Positions 12,583 through 25,671 of a stretch of DNA of 64,000 nucleotides are shown here, piece by piece. Below the pieces are notes generated by a model. It saw only the letters and a list, made by a program, of their open reading frames with translations, did no database searches and had not been told where the DNA came from. The position numbers and the translations under genes are program-made. Every line of letters starts with the position of its first letter. Position 1 is the stretch's first letter. Where the stretch lies: the NCBI RefSeq assembly GCF_009914755.1, contig NC_060935.1; one strand, written 5' to 3'. The stretch comes from the human T2T-CHM13v2.0 reference genome, Homo sapiens.

Positions 12583-12688
12583 TGATATGGTTTGGCTCTG
12601 TGTCCCCACCCAAATTTCATGTTGAATTGTAATCTTCAGTGTTAGAGCAGGGACCTGCTGGGAGGTGATTAAATCATGGGGATGAATT
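12583..12688 (+). mobile_element. MaLR LTR 5' fragment (MSTA-like)
   Basis: TGATATGGTTTGGCTCTGTGTCCCCACCCAAATTTCATGTTGAATTGTAATC; the similarity breaks off after about 105 bp. Confidence 0.85.
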
Positions 12689-12747
12689 TGTTTATATTTC
12701 ATCCTGAATTTCTCATACTGTCCTAGCCATGTGGTATTTATAACTTA

Positions 12748-13052
12748 CTTTATTTATTTATTTGTTTATTTATTTTGAGACGGAGTCTCACTCTTCCACC
12801 CAGGGGGGAGTGCAGTGGCGTGATCTCGGCTCACTGCAAGCTCTCCCGGGTTCGTGCCATTCTCCTGCCTCAGCCTCCGGAGTAGCTGGGACTACAGGCT
12901 GGGACTACAGGTGCCCGCCACCGGGCCCAGCTAATTTTTTGTATTTTTAGTAGAGATGGGGTGTCACCCTGTTAGCCAGGATGGTCTCCATCCCCTGACC
13001 TCGTGATCCGCCCGCCTCGGCCTCCCAAAGTGCTGGGATTACAGGCATGAGC
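12748..13052 (-). mobile_element. AluY-like, lacking the first ~14 nt, with an internal 13-bp tandem duplication
   Basis: Y diagnostics CTGCAAGCTC, GCCATTCTCC, TGTTAGCCAGGATGG and GACCTCGTGATCC. GCTGGGACTACAG occurs twice, at 12885-12910. Confidence 0.92.
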
Positions 13053-13269
13053 TTTTTTTTTTCTTTTTTTTAATAACTGTGGGGTGCTTCCTGACTTCAG
13101 AGAATTTCCAGGTGACCTTAGCCAGCTGTCCCTATGCTAGGTTAGCATACCAGGCTTTCTTAGGTTTGTCTATTTGGTTTTCCACCTAAGGGTAGTATTG
13201 AAGAGCAGTAAGTCCAGATTTATATATAAATCAGATTTGATATAAATCAACTTAAGCAAAGGTCATTAA

Positions 13270-13690
13270 ATAAATCACCTGGAACACTTAAGAAAATTGT
13301 TCAATAGTTTGTGGGTCAAGCTGTGAGGAAGGCTCCACTGGCCATTATTTTGTCTTATTCATGTAGAGACAGCTGGAGCTGGATAATTTTCTTCTAATGG
13401 CTTACTTGGCCCTTTAGCCTTTTTTTTTTCTCTTGGCATAGCATCTCATTCTTCAGGGCCTTTCCAGATGGCTTGGCTTTACACAGCATGGAGGTCTCAG
13501 GTGTCTAACTTTAAATATGACAGGAATGTTCCATGTCGCCTATGCAGAGGCTGCAAGGTTTCTGTAAACTAACCTTGAAAATGGCAATTGAACATGCATT
13601 TGTTGGTTTCTAAGGCCAGCCCAGATTCGAGGGAACAAAGATACATTGTTGATATCTAGATGGAGAAATGACATAGACATGCTAACAATA
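13270..13690 (-). mobile_element. Old MaLR LTR (MLT1 family)
   Basis: CTTTACACAGCATGGAGGTCTCAGG, GAGGCTGCAAGG and AAGGCCAGCCCAGATTC motifs. Confidence 0.6.
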
Positions 13691-14024
13691 AAAAATAAAT
13701 GATGTCTGATGAGCAGTCTAAAGATGAGAAAATAAGTTGGTGGAAAAAAAGCTGTGTAAACTACTTTGTTGGGGACCTTGACTATTAAAGAACAAAATAT
13801 GAAACAATAATAACTAAAAGATGTTGTTGGCTTGAGGGAGGCTTTTCGTTTGTTATCCTCTCGTTGATTGTTTACATAGAAGATTCTGGGAAGTCTCAAG
13901 GCATAAGAAGTATAAAACTTGATAGCTAGTATAGTATGAAGAAATGAAAGAACAAATAAAACATGGAATAATAGAAGAATTAATGTTTTTGAGTATAAAA
14001 TAGTTCATGTAAATAACAGATGTT

Positions 14025-15170
14025 TTCAAATTCAAAAGACCCAGGATAGCCAATGCAATATTAGAAGGACAAAGTTAGAGGATTGACACTGACTTTAAAG
14101 CTTACTGTAAAGCTCTAGTAATCAAAACAGTGTGGTATTGGTGAAAGAATAGACAAATAGATTAATAGAACAGGACAGACAGCCCAATAGATAAATATAA
14201 ATGTTGTCAACTAATATTTCACAATGGAGCAAAGGCAATTCAATGAAGAAAGGGTAGTCTTTTCAATAAATGTTGGAACCACTGGACATTCACATGGAAA
14301 AAAATAAATATAGACCAGGACCTTACAGCTTTTATGAAAACTACTTCAAAATGGATAATAGACCCAAATGAAAAATGCAAAACTATATGTTTTATCCAAA
14401 AAAAAAAAGAAAAACACAGAAGAAACACTGGATGATCTTGTGTTTAGTGATGACTTTTTAAAAATAACACCAAAGCACAAAGCATACAAAATTGGTAAAT
14501 TGGATTTATAAATTAAACAATATTAAAAACTTTTCTGGGAAAGACACTGTTAATATAATGAACAGATAAACCACAGAGTAAGAAAAATCTTTGCAAAACC
14601 CATTGAATTTACAATACAAAAAGTAAATCCCAGTGTAAACTACAAACTTTAGTCAATAATAATGTATGTTAACAGCTTATAAATTCTAAAAATGTGTAAA
14701 CTAATGCAAGATGTTAATAATAAGGAAAGTACTTTGGAGTCAGTAAGGAATTATATGGCTGCTTTATGGTTTCTGCTCAATTTTTCTGCAAACTTACAAG
14801 TACTACTAGAAGTAAAGATTATTATTTATATTGAAATCTCTAGCAAACTTATTTGCCCAACTGATTGGAAATTATAGTTTACTTCTGAATAACCCATTGA
14901 TGAAATAAGAAATCAACCTGGCATTTTGAAAATGTTTGAACCAGAATAAAATAAAAGTTGACATGTTAACACTTTATCAATGAGGCCAAAACAGTGCTTA
15001 GAGAGAAATATATATCTATGACTTTATATAGTAAAAAGGAAAAGTACAAATAAATTATCTAAACTTTCATATGAAGAATCTTAAATTTAAAACTAAAGAA
15101 AGTGATAATAAAAATGATAAACAGAATAAAGAAATAGCAAAATAGAATTCACACCCACATTTAAAAAATC
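14025..15170 (+). mobile_element. Old L1 mosaic (L1MC-like ORF2 3' part and 3' UTR, then a further L1 fragment)
   Basis: GTAATCAAAACAGTGTGGTATTGGTGAAAGAATAGACAAATAG, plus L1MC-type 3' UTR CTAATGCAAGATGTTAATAATAAGG. Confidence 0.75.
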
Positions 15171-15332
15171 AAATTACTTTTTAAAATGTTTATTGTTTTA
15201 GAATTTAAAAAATGTAATTTATCAAGATTTATCAATATACAAAACAAGAGTCTTATAATTGACACAGAGAAACACAGTACAGAGAGTTAAGAGGTTGATG
15301 AAATACAGATACACAGACCAGCAGAATCTAAG

Positions 15333-15624
15333 CTTTTTGTTTTTTTTTTTTCCCCGAGACAGAGTCTCACTCTGTTGCCCAGGCTGGAGTGCATTTGCAC
15401 GACCTTGGCTCACTGCAACCTCCGCCTCCTGGGTTCGAGTGATTCTCGTGTTTCAGCCTCCTGAGTAGATGGAATTACAGGTACCCTCCACCACACCTGG
15501 CTAATTTTTGTATTTTTAGTACAGATGGGGTTTTGCCATGTTGGCCAGGCTGGTCTTGAGCTCCTGACCTGCCTCAGCCTCTCAAAGTGCTGTGATTACA
15601 GGTTCGAGCCGCTGTACCCAGCCC
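15333..15624 (-). mobile_element. Alu (AluS/J-type) with a small left-arm deletion
   Basis: Dimeric Alu; CTCCTGACCT is joined directly to GCCTCAGCC. Confidence 0.9.
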
Positions 15625-18600
15625 TATGTTATTTTTATACACAGGCGTGGAGGACTCCAGTGGATAGCAGCAGGGCAGCACTTCTGAGAAAATCACCTGA
15701 ATCAACTTGTGTTTATCTTTGTATGTCATAGGCAACAAATTCAATTACAGTGATTTAATCAAAAGTGGGTTAACGTTTAAAACTAATAATAAAATAAAAT
15801 AAATAAACCTTAGCAGCTGTCTTTGCCTGGCATTATTATCCTTAGAGAGAACTATCTAACAACAAAGAAAGTTGTATTGGGATATGGCTATTAGATGTAA
15901 TTCTACTTTTTATATGCTGAAACACCTGCTTGAAAAGAAGCAGTTTCTGATTTGAGTTTTTTTTTTTCCACCAAAGATATAAACAACAGCTTGTTAATTC
16001 CCTTCTGTAGAAACCAGAAACGTGCCTAAGAAGCCTGTTCCCGTCATTTTGTCCTGTTAAAATTTTAATGAAATAAAATCTTTGCCACTATAGTTTTGCT
16101 GTAGCTAGAGGTTATTTTCTAAAAATGCATTTAAAGAAAAATTAAGCAGGATGAGAACTGAACATTTTAAAATGCCTATTAAATTTGGAAAGGAAACAAA
16201 ATGCATTGAGGTTGTTGAAATAGGTGTTTCTTTCTTTGAGAGGACTAGGTTAGTACATCCCATTTTACTCTGAGCATGTGGAGGCTCTGTTCTATGATTG
16301 TTTCTGGGGGACATGCTCACCTTGATTTGAATTTTTCTTACTGTGCCATTTTGTGGTCTGACAGCTTGTTACCACAGGTATGGAATTCTTCACTAGTTCT
16401 AGGCTCTCCTCTAGGCTCATACCCTGGTATGGACTGGTAAGCCACACAAACCTTCTGCTATAGTTTGGCCCATTTCTATGCTAAACATCTCAAAGTGTTA
16501 AAATATCTCTTCTGTCTGATCCAGTTCTAAAATCCCTGTCTGAGCCCATTACAGCTTTGTGAAGACAAAGGAGCCTGGGAGACTTCTTAGGGTCCACTGA
16601 TTTAAGGTACATACAATGAACTTGGTGAATAAAAACTTCAGTGAAGAGATAAAATCTAGGTAGTAATAAAAACTCATTTTGTGGCAGTTCTAAATCCAAG
16701 TCACAGAAATTACTGTAATTTCATTAAAAATTCTAATTATTATGGCTCACTATATCAAATAAATCTCACAATCAGAAGAAATGTGTCTGTAAGTGATAAA
16801 TTACAAGTGGGAGATGATTTTTTAAATCAACTCTCTGAAAATGCTATTAGTGAAAAGAGAAGTTGAGACTTTTCTTTCTTTCCCTGCTAAGATTTTACTT
16901 TGATGACAGTTTGTAAAGTTGCATGGGAGGTTAAGTCACAAACTGAATTTAACTACCAAAGACTCCTGTTCTTTAAAATACCCACAACTGCACCTTTATT
17001 CACTCTTTGAAGAGAAATACCCTTGAAAATGATGGAAAACATGTAGGTACTTAAAACAATAGCAGAAACAAAGACTGTAAATACAGACAAATAAAAATCA
17101 GTGGACTCATGAGCTTTTATCGTCCTGAAAAATTATTTGCTTTGACTGTGTTTTAGCTCTTTTACCAAACATGAATTTGTTTTTAAAACTAATTTGCAGG
17201 TGTATTCCTTAATATTTGTGTTTGCATGCTTGTATGTATGTGTGTGTATGTTTGCGTGTCACTTATTGGAGGAAGTTTCTGCTGACAGTCTCAAATCTTT
17301 TTGCTAAAGTAAAGGAAGAATTTTTATAGCAAATTAATAACTTGATAATTTCAGGTCTTGCTTGATTTGAGTGAAGCAATATGAACAGGTAATGTCGTGG
17401 AATCACATCTACGTGTCTATGTTCATTTGGTTTCTAGAATACTATGACAAACTGTAGCTGCTTCATAGACAAGACACTTTCTGTCTCACACACTGCACAA
17501 CCAAGCCTCCGTTTTTCTAACAGCAAAGTTTTGCTTCATGTTGCTCTATTTTTATTGTATCCACAATGAAAAGTCTTCTCGACCTTTAAAACAGGCTTCA
17601 CTGAAGACAAATATCTAAGTCAGAAGGAGCTGAATCATGCTTTGTTTTACATCTGTGAGGAAACACTATAATATTTAAAAAAAATGGTACCAAAGGACAA
17701 AGGAACTTGGATACTCACGTGCCAAGAAATGTTATGCTGTTGAAAACTTTAAAAATCGTTCTTATGCCTCCTGAAAATGGTTATTCCTTTGGTGACTATG
17801 CTATAAAATATCATGGGTAGTGCCCCAGTTTTAGTTTGCTATGTGCATTTAATAGTTGGTTAGTCCATCATGCAAAGACATTTAAAGTGGGATTGAAGTA
17901 GCCACCTAAGACAGGCTACTAAAATTAGCTGAAATTATTGATGGCATCTGACCATTGTGGTTCCCAATTCTCATCAGAACATATGTTTTTACACTGTAGG
18001 TTTCAGGTTAATTATACAAATTCATTACCAATTCTGCAATAGTATTAGAGAAAGTTTACTTGAAAAATGACCAGTGGCACCATGCAGTGGTATAAATAAA
18101 TAAAGAGAAAGCATAAAATGTTAAACAGACTATCATTATTACACAGCACAGAGGAAGAGAAGTCTTTACAGACAAATAGACTGAGAATTACAAAATGAAG
18201 GATATCTAATTGGGCCTAACCGGATCAGAAGATACATCAGTGAGGAGAAAATAGTCCAAAGTACTAGACATACAAAATTTAATGTTTTCTTATCTCATGA
18301 GTTAGGAAGATTTAGACTCTATTTTAGTAATGTTTAATTCAAAAAAACAGCACAAACTCCCTCAGATGATGCTACATCTAAAGAGATTATTATACAAGAG
18401 CAAACTGCAAAGAACCAGTTAATTTTCGTAATGTCAAAGTTCTGAATCAAGTCTTTTCTGAAAGTTTAATTGATTAGCTGGAAAAATTGACATTAAACCA
18501 ATTAAACAGAGAGACTGAGAATACAAAGATGATAAGTGTTTCACCTCCTTAACAAATAGTTTATAGTGGATAAGGCAGTGAAAATCTTAATCTAGAAACA

Positions 18601-18649
18601 TTGAATTGATTATAAAGGGTAGGTATTTGTGCATTAATGCTTTCCCAGT

Positions 18650-19330
18650 GTCTGCTGAGAAAGCATAGAGTATATAGTGCTTAGCAGTTTCCTTTCTGGA
18701 AGCACTCTGTGGATTTATTTCTCCTCCGACTTATTACAAGGTATGAAATCATAAGTAAATTATTTAACCATTTCATAGCGCACATAGTTTTCTCACATGT
18801 AATATTTATATAGTAGTACCTATCTTTTTGGTTTATAGTCAAAATAGATGAAGCAGTAAATCTATAATACTTAGAATAGTAACTGTTCTATCATAATAAC
18901 ATAATAAATGTTAGCTATTACTGTGGTTTTCTAAAAAGACTCTGCACCACCTGTCACCCATCCTACTTCATAAACACCCACTTCATAAACATATTCTATT
19001 CTCTACACCATAGTTGCTAGCTAATATATATTAAGTAAAATCTTGCTGCCATTTATTTTGTGCCTTGAGTATGTCAGGTGTTTTATACACTAAGTTTTAT
19101 GATTTCAATAACGCTGCAACATAGATATGTGTATGCCCATTTTAAAGATTAAGAAAAAACGAGGCACTAAAAACAATTACTTTCTTCTAGATCACACAGC
19201 TATTAAATAGCATTGTCTCTGACTGAATTAGGACTTACAAATAGGAAGTCTGAGTCCATGTATTACAATTACAACCAGCTATATGGCTTTATACAAATCA
19301 TTCACATTTGTGAACCTCAGATTAATCATA
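18650..19330. mobile_element. Cluster of degraded MIR fragments in both orientations
   Basis: AATAAATGTTAGCTATTA (~18905, plus), CCCATTTTAAAGATTAAGAAAAAACGAGGCAC (~19136, minus) and TGAACCTCAG (~19311, plus). Confidence 0.55.
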
Positions 19331-19347
19331 TAAAACAAGACTATATT

Positions 19348-21112
19348 TCAAGATAAAAACATTCAAAAATTAGGTATAGAAGGAATGTATCTCCCTACAA
19401 AAAAGCCCATATACAACAAACCCACAGTTAACACCATACTTAGAGAAAAAGATTTCAACTTTTCCCTAAGATCTAAAAGAAGAAAAGTATGCCCACTCTC
19501 GCCACTTTTCAAAATAGTACTGGAAATCCAAGCCAGAGCAATTAGGCACGAGGAAAAAAAAAAGCATCCAAATTGGAAAGGAAAACGTTAAGTTGCCCGT
19601 TTGCAGGAGATACTATCTTATACATAGAAATCTCTAAAAACTCTAAAAAACTATTGAAAGTAACAAACTCACTAAAAGTTCAGGATACAAAATGAACATA
19701 CAAAAATCAGTATTTCTGTACACTAAAAACAATCTAAAACTTAAAAAAATTCTATTTCCAAAGGTATCAGAAAAAAAATACTTAAGAGTAAATTTAACAA
19801 ACAAACCTACACATTTATGGTCAATTGATTTTTGACAGAAGTATTGAGAACACACCATGAGAAAAGGACAGTCTCTTCAGTAAATGGTGCTGGGACAACT
19901 GGATATTCACATGCAGGAGAATGAAAGAAGAGAGCATAGAAGAAAAACTCTGTAACATTTGTCTGGGCGATATTTTTTTGAATATGAACCTAAAAGCACA
20001 GGCAACAAAAGTAAAAATGGGCAAATGTACTAAATTTAACTAAAAAGCTTCTGCACAGCCAAGAAAACAGTCAACAGTGAAGAGATGACCTAACAGACTG
20101 TGATAAAATATCTGAAACCATATATCTGATAAGCAGGTAATATTAATGAAATAAAGAACTCAATAACAAGAAAATGAGTTACTTGATTATAAGGGCAAAG
20201 ACATGAGTAAACATTCCTCAGAAGACATGTATGGCCAACAGATACATAAATGCTCAAAATCGCTAATTATCAGATAAATGCAAATTAAAACCATGATAAA
20301 ATACCTTTTCACACCTGTTATATTTGCTGTTATCAAAAAGATGAAAGATAAGTGTTGGGTAGGATGTGTAGAAAAAGGGAACTATAGGATATTTTTGGTA
20401 AGAATGTAACAGTACTAGCATTATGGAAAATGATGTGGTGGCTCCTAAAAAAGAAACTGTAAATAGAACTACAATATAATCCAGTGATCCCACTTCTGGA
20501 TACATATCCAAAGGAATTGAAATCAGTATGTCAAGGGGATATCTACATTCCCATGCTCATTGTGGCATTATTCACAATAGCCAAGATATGAGATCAACCT
20601 AAGTGTCAATGGATGAGTGGATGAAGAAAATGTGGTGTATATACAAGGAAATACTATTCAGCCTTTAAAAAGAAGAAAATCTTGTCATTTGTGACATCAC
20701 ACATGATCCTTCAGGACATTATCCTAAGTGAAATAAGCCAGTCATAGAAAGATAAATACTGCGTGATCTTATATGTGGAATCATAAAAAGTTGAACTAAT
20801 CGAAGTGGAGAATAGAATGGTGGTTACCAGGGGCTGGGAAGTGGGAGCATGGGAACATGTTGCCCAAAACATACAAAAACTCAGTTAGACAGGAGGAATA
20901 AATTTAAAAGACCTATTGTATAACATGGTGACTATAGTTAATAACAATGTATTATATTCTTGAAAATTACTATAAGAGTACATTTCATGTGTTGTCACAA
21001 TAAAAAGTGATACATATGTGAGGCAATGCATATATTAGCTTGATTTAGCCATTCAATGTAAACATATTTCAGAACAACATATTGTACTCGATAAATATAT
21101 ACAATTAAAAAT
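19348..21112 (+). mobile_element. L1MA6/7-like LINE, ORF2 3' part (internally deleted) and complete 3' UTR
   Basis: Degenerate RT peptide CPLSPLFKIVLEIQARAIR (ORF 19385-19591). 3' UTR CAGTTAGACAGGAGGAATAA...GCTTGATTTAGCCATT. Confidence 0.88.
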
Positions 21113-21409
21113 AGGATTATTGTCAGAAAATGTATTTCAAATATGAGATAATTATAACTTGTACACTGCCTACATGAAATTTATTATAATGTTATATTGC
21201 ATTATATAGTGTGTTACAATTGAATAACAATTGCATTGCCTTGTACTTCTAACATGATTCAGAAAATGAGCATGTCTTCTTAGCTCACATGTTCTAGCTT
21301 AAATATTGTATCAAGTCAAATAGCAATATAAGATTGACTTTATTCACTTACCCTCCATTCAAAGTAGACACACATTTGTTGCTGTTATTTGGGGGAAAAT
21401 CCATGTTTA

Positions 21410-21640
21410 GTAAGTGTTTATTTAACGCTTACATAGTGTTTAACATATTCCAGGCTTTGTTGTAATCATTTCACCAATATTAACTCATTTAATCCTTGTA
21501 ACAATCCTGTGAGATACTGTTATTTTCCACATTTCATATAGGGAGAAAAGAGGCATAAATGGGTCAAGTAATTTGCTCAAGTTCCAATGACAAGAGAGTG
21601 GCAGAGCCAGGATTCAGATCCAGAAAGTCTTACTCCAGAC
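21410..21640 (-). mobile_element. MIR SINE
   Basis: AACTCATTTAATCCTTGTAACAATCCTGTGAG...GTGGCAGAGCCAGGATTCAGATCCAG. Confidence 0.8.
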
Positions 21641-24600
21641 TAAAAGAGTTGTCACTGTGACAACTCTGCTAGCAAAGCTCTGAGATAATGCTTTTCCAGT
21701 GGAAATAATGACATTTTTTTCAGATTTACAGCACAATTTACCTGCATACTTTCTATTGTGCCCTATCTAAGTTTTATTAAAGCCATGATGGGGGCTGAGT
21801 GCATGCCGTCATTCTATCAATATTTGCTATCAGCCATTATTGCTTCAATATTTTATTTTTTTTAGTGCAGCTTATGTCTATTTAAGGTGAAGGTAAGCCT
21901 ATGAAGTTATGATGAAGCTTAACTAAGGGGCAAAGTTACTTTATAAAAACTGTTACAGGAGATAAGAAAGTCCATTATCCAATAGATTTAGTTTTGTAAT
22001 CTGTCACTTGATTGAAACCACTATGCATACACCAAATGAGTCATGCTATTTTCCCACTATTCAATATGCATCATTACAATCAATTATTAGTATACCTGTA
22101 AGAAAACAGAATCGTTTTTACATCAGTGTTATCAAAGATACATTACTGAGACTAAACAACAAAAAGACTATGCCACAAAATTAGATATAGCACACATTCA
22201 CATGATTTCTATAAATCTTCCACTTAGTTTTAAATTTTGAAATCTCAAAAAAACCTATTGTGGCAAAATGAACAATGCTCTCTGTTTAGTATTATGCAAT
22301 TCTCGGATTGATTCAGTGCAAAATGGTTATTAACTGCTGGATACAAATTTTTATGATTGTCTCTAAGGAATACATATATTGAGATAATTTCTCATCCCTT
22401 TTCTCCAACCTAGTTTTTGCTGGTCAAACTTTTCTGCTGTCAACAAGCCCCGATAAACCTAAAAAGCACCCACTAAGTGATGTTGTATATATAGGCTATT
22501 TTAAGGAATATATAGAAAGTGAAAAAAGTGTATGGGTAGGTAAACTCAGGGTAGCCATGGGGTCAGCAGTTTCCCAGATACTCATTGAAGGTGGAAAACA
22601 TGATGCACACTTTTATTTTGTCCTTTTTTTACTCTGTACAGGATTATGAAGAGTTAGGCAATACCACTAGTTTAAAAAACTTCTGTATTAGAGACCAGTT
22701 CTCACATTGTTACCTCCTTTACTTTCTATTCTTGTTAAACTATTAAACAGCGCAACTTTTTCACATTTCCAGAGTGTTCCACAAGCCATCTGCTCTTTCC
22801 TTACCAAAATATGGAAATATAAATACTTTCCGTTTAGCTTTTGCATCTAATTTGCTTCTTTTATTTTAAATCTCCCAGGACCAATATGAATTTCATTTCA
22901 GCTGCCAAATGTTCAGAGATCCTCTGAAATTGGGTGACATTTAGCAATAGTAGTTACATTTTTGAAGCCCTGTTCTGCTTCAGTTAGGGGGAAAAAAAAG
23001 GAGCCCGGCAAAGCCATCAGATTTTGTCAAATCCCCCTTTAAAGTTTATGTGCAAAGAGGATAATATCTGTAATATTTTTATTTTAGTATATATGATAAA
23101 GTAAACTTTATTATAAAAAGTGAACCAAAAAGATGAGAGCTTCAGGGAGTAATATAACAAAATGAAACCTAGCATTTGGGGAGTGTAAACTAATTGGATC
23201 CCAATGGCTGTATTAAATAAAGTGATTTTACATATATTGGAATGCTGAAAAACACCTGTAATTTTTGCTTCGTGCATGTGTATTTATGACTATGGAGAAA
23301 AAAAAAAAGTTTTCCCATAGACATCAATCACAGAATGACCATCCAAAAATCATTTAATTCATTACAGAAATATGCATTGCTTGGATTCGACACTTGAAGT
23401 CCATATACCTATAATTCTCTGTGTGAGTGAGTTGGTTCCAGGCCTATTTAGAAACATTATTACTTTGGCTGCTATATTTGTATGGATTCAAAGATAGAAC
23501 TCTTGAAGAGTGTTTTACCCAAATATTCAGTGTTAGAAGTTTCAGGCTATTAGGAAACTCTACTAGTCTTGTAATTTCTTTCAACTTTTAAAATGAAAAT
23601 GTTAAATCTTGTTATATCTCTTTGATCATTGAGTCACCTCCTGCACCAAAACCTGAATTTAATGAAGGATTTTGAGTTCCCCAGAGAGTTTTATCTACTT
23701 TCAAGCTATTTTGTGCTCAGAGTGCAATTTGGCAGTTATAAAAGTCCTACTTTTCACCAGCTTGCCCCATCAATGGATAAACTAATTTTCCACTTAATGG
23801 AAACATTTGTGATGGCTTAACTGTTTCATGAGGCTAAAAGTTTAGACCAAACTGATTTTAAACCTCATTTTCAGAGAAAAGTGATTATGATCTAAAAATT
23901 GGTTTTAAAACTATACTCAATTTTTAAAGGTATGTTTAACAAAGCTGAAAAATAGAGATTTGTTTTGTAGTTGCCCTGTTGGTGATGAGAGGAACAGTCA
24001 TGCCATCATATGAATTGTCTTCCATGGTTTGTGCACTCAGAATTTGATGCTCAAGTGAAAATTCATCTATCATTGAACTCACATGAAGAATAGGCACTTA
24101 CATTTTGTTGTGAATTTATCCCAAGGTAACATGCAACTTACTATGTAATTTATAACTAATTCTAGCCTCTATACAGTTATCTTTAGCTCAACTTTATCTA
24201 AATCATCAGAGGCACTAGTAAACACAAGTCTGCTTCTACTTTGTGACATGATATCATTGAGAATAACAAGAAAAATAATTTATTAAGAAAATATCTTAAC
24301 AGTTACCTATAATTTATTTTGAATTACATTTGTAATTCCTTTAAATAGATACGATAATTGTTTCTTATAGTGATATTTAAAACCAATCTCACTTTAAAAT
24401 AATTAATTGATTTCCAGTTGGACGGTAAATAACCACAGTGTGTAAGTCTTTTTTAAAAAGATTTTTATAACAGAACAAATTGTAATAGCAGTATGTACAT
24501 TGACTACTTAAATACTGTCATAATGGACCTATATCAAATGACGTTCATTCCAAGATATTTAGGCAACAAGGTATAGATACATATTTTGGGGACATGTTTT

Positions 24601-24839
24601 TAACTATCAGAGTTTATTTAAATATATATGTGGGAAGAAAGTGTGTTACTAGAATAAGTCCAACACTTTTTATTGTTTTCCTAAGCAAATCCTTATTTTG
24701 AGATAAGGTAAAAACAAACAAACAAAAAACATACAAGCAACCTTCAACTTTAATCCAGAAGAGCATGATACAATGTACACAATAGTCTAGCAATGGCAAA
24801 AACTCTATAAGTCCATTGTTACTACATTTCTTTTCTCCA

Positions 24840-25030
24840 ATAGTGATGTAATGAGAGTTACTTGACTCTTGACTTTGCCATTTATCATTTGAGTGACTCT
24901 GGTACGATTTTTAACACTATGTACCCATTTATCATCATCAGGAAACTAGACATCACAGTGTTTAATTCATTTATAAGTATTAAAGCAATGTACATGAAAG
25001 TAGCTGAAATATGTACTCAATAAAGTATCC
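24840..25030 (+). mobile_element. Degraded MIR
   Basis: CTTGACTTTGCCATTTATCATTTGAGTGACTCTGG...TACTCAATAAAG. Confidence 0.5.
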
Positions 25031-25333
25031 AGTTTGGTAGAATCAACATATCTCATGCCATAAATTTTTATTTGACCTTTTGTCTCTCATTAGAACCTAG
25101 TTTAGTCTGGATTTATGAAAACAAAGTACAACAAAAAAATAGAGTGCTCATTTGGTGTAAAAATGTAACAAGAAATGGCAAAAGGAGAAAGATAAGCTTT
25201 ATAACATTTGTGTATTTCATTTACAGGAACTTTTATGTAATTTTACCTCTAAAGCTAACTCGTAACTCATGCTTTGTAGATAACCTCAAGTATAAAGAGA
25301 ATTATAATAGGTATATAAACAAATCCAATATGA

Positions 25334-25671
<338 letters not shown>

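Noticed and set aside
13540-13899. 119-aa hydrophobic minus-strand ORF and similar F/L/I-rich ORFs elsewhere
   Set aside because: Compositional by-products of T-rich strands, often overlapping repeats and using non-ATG starts.
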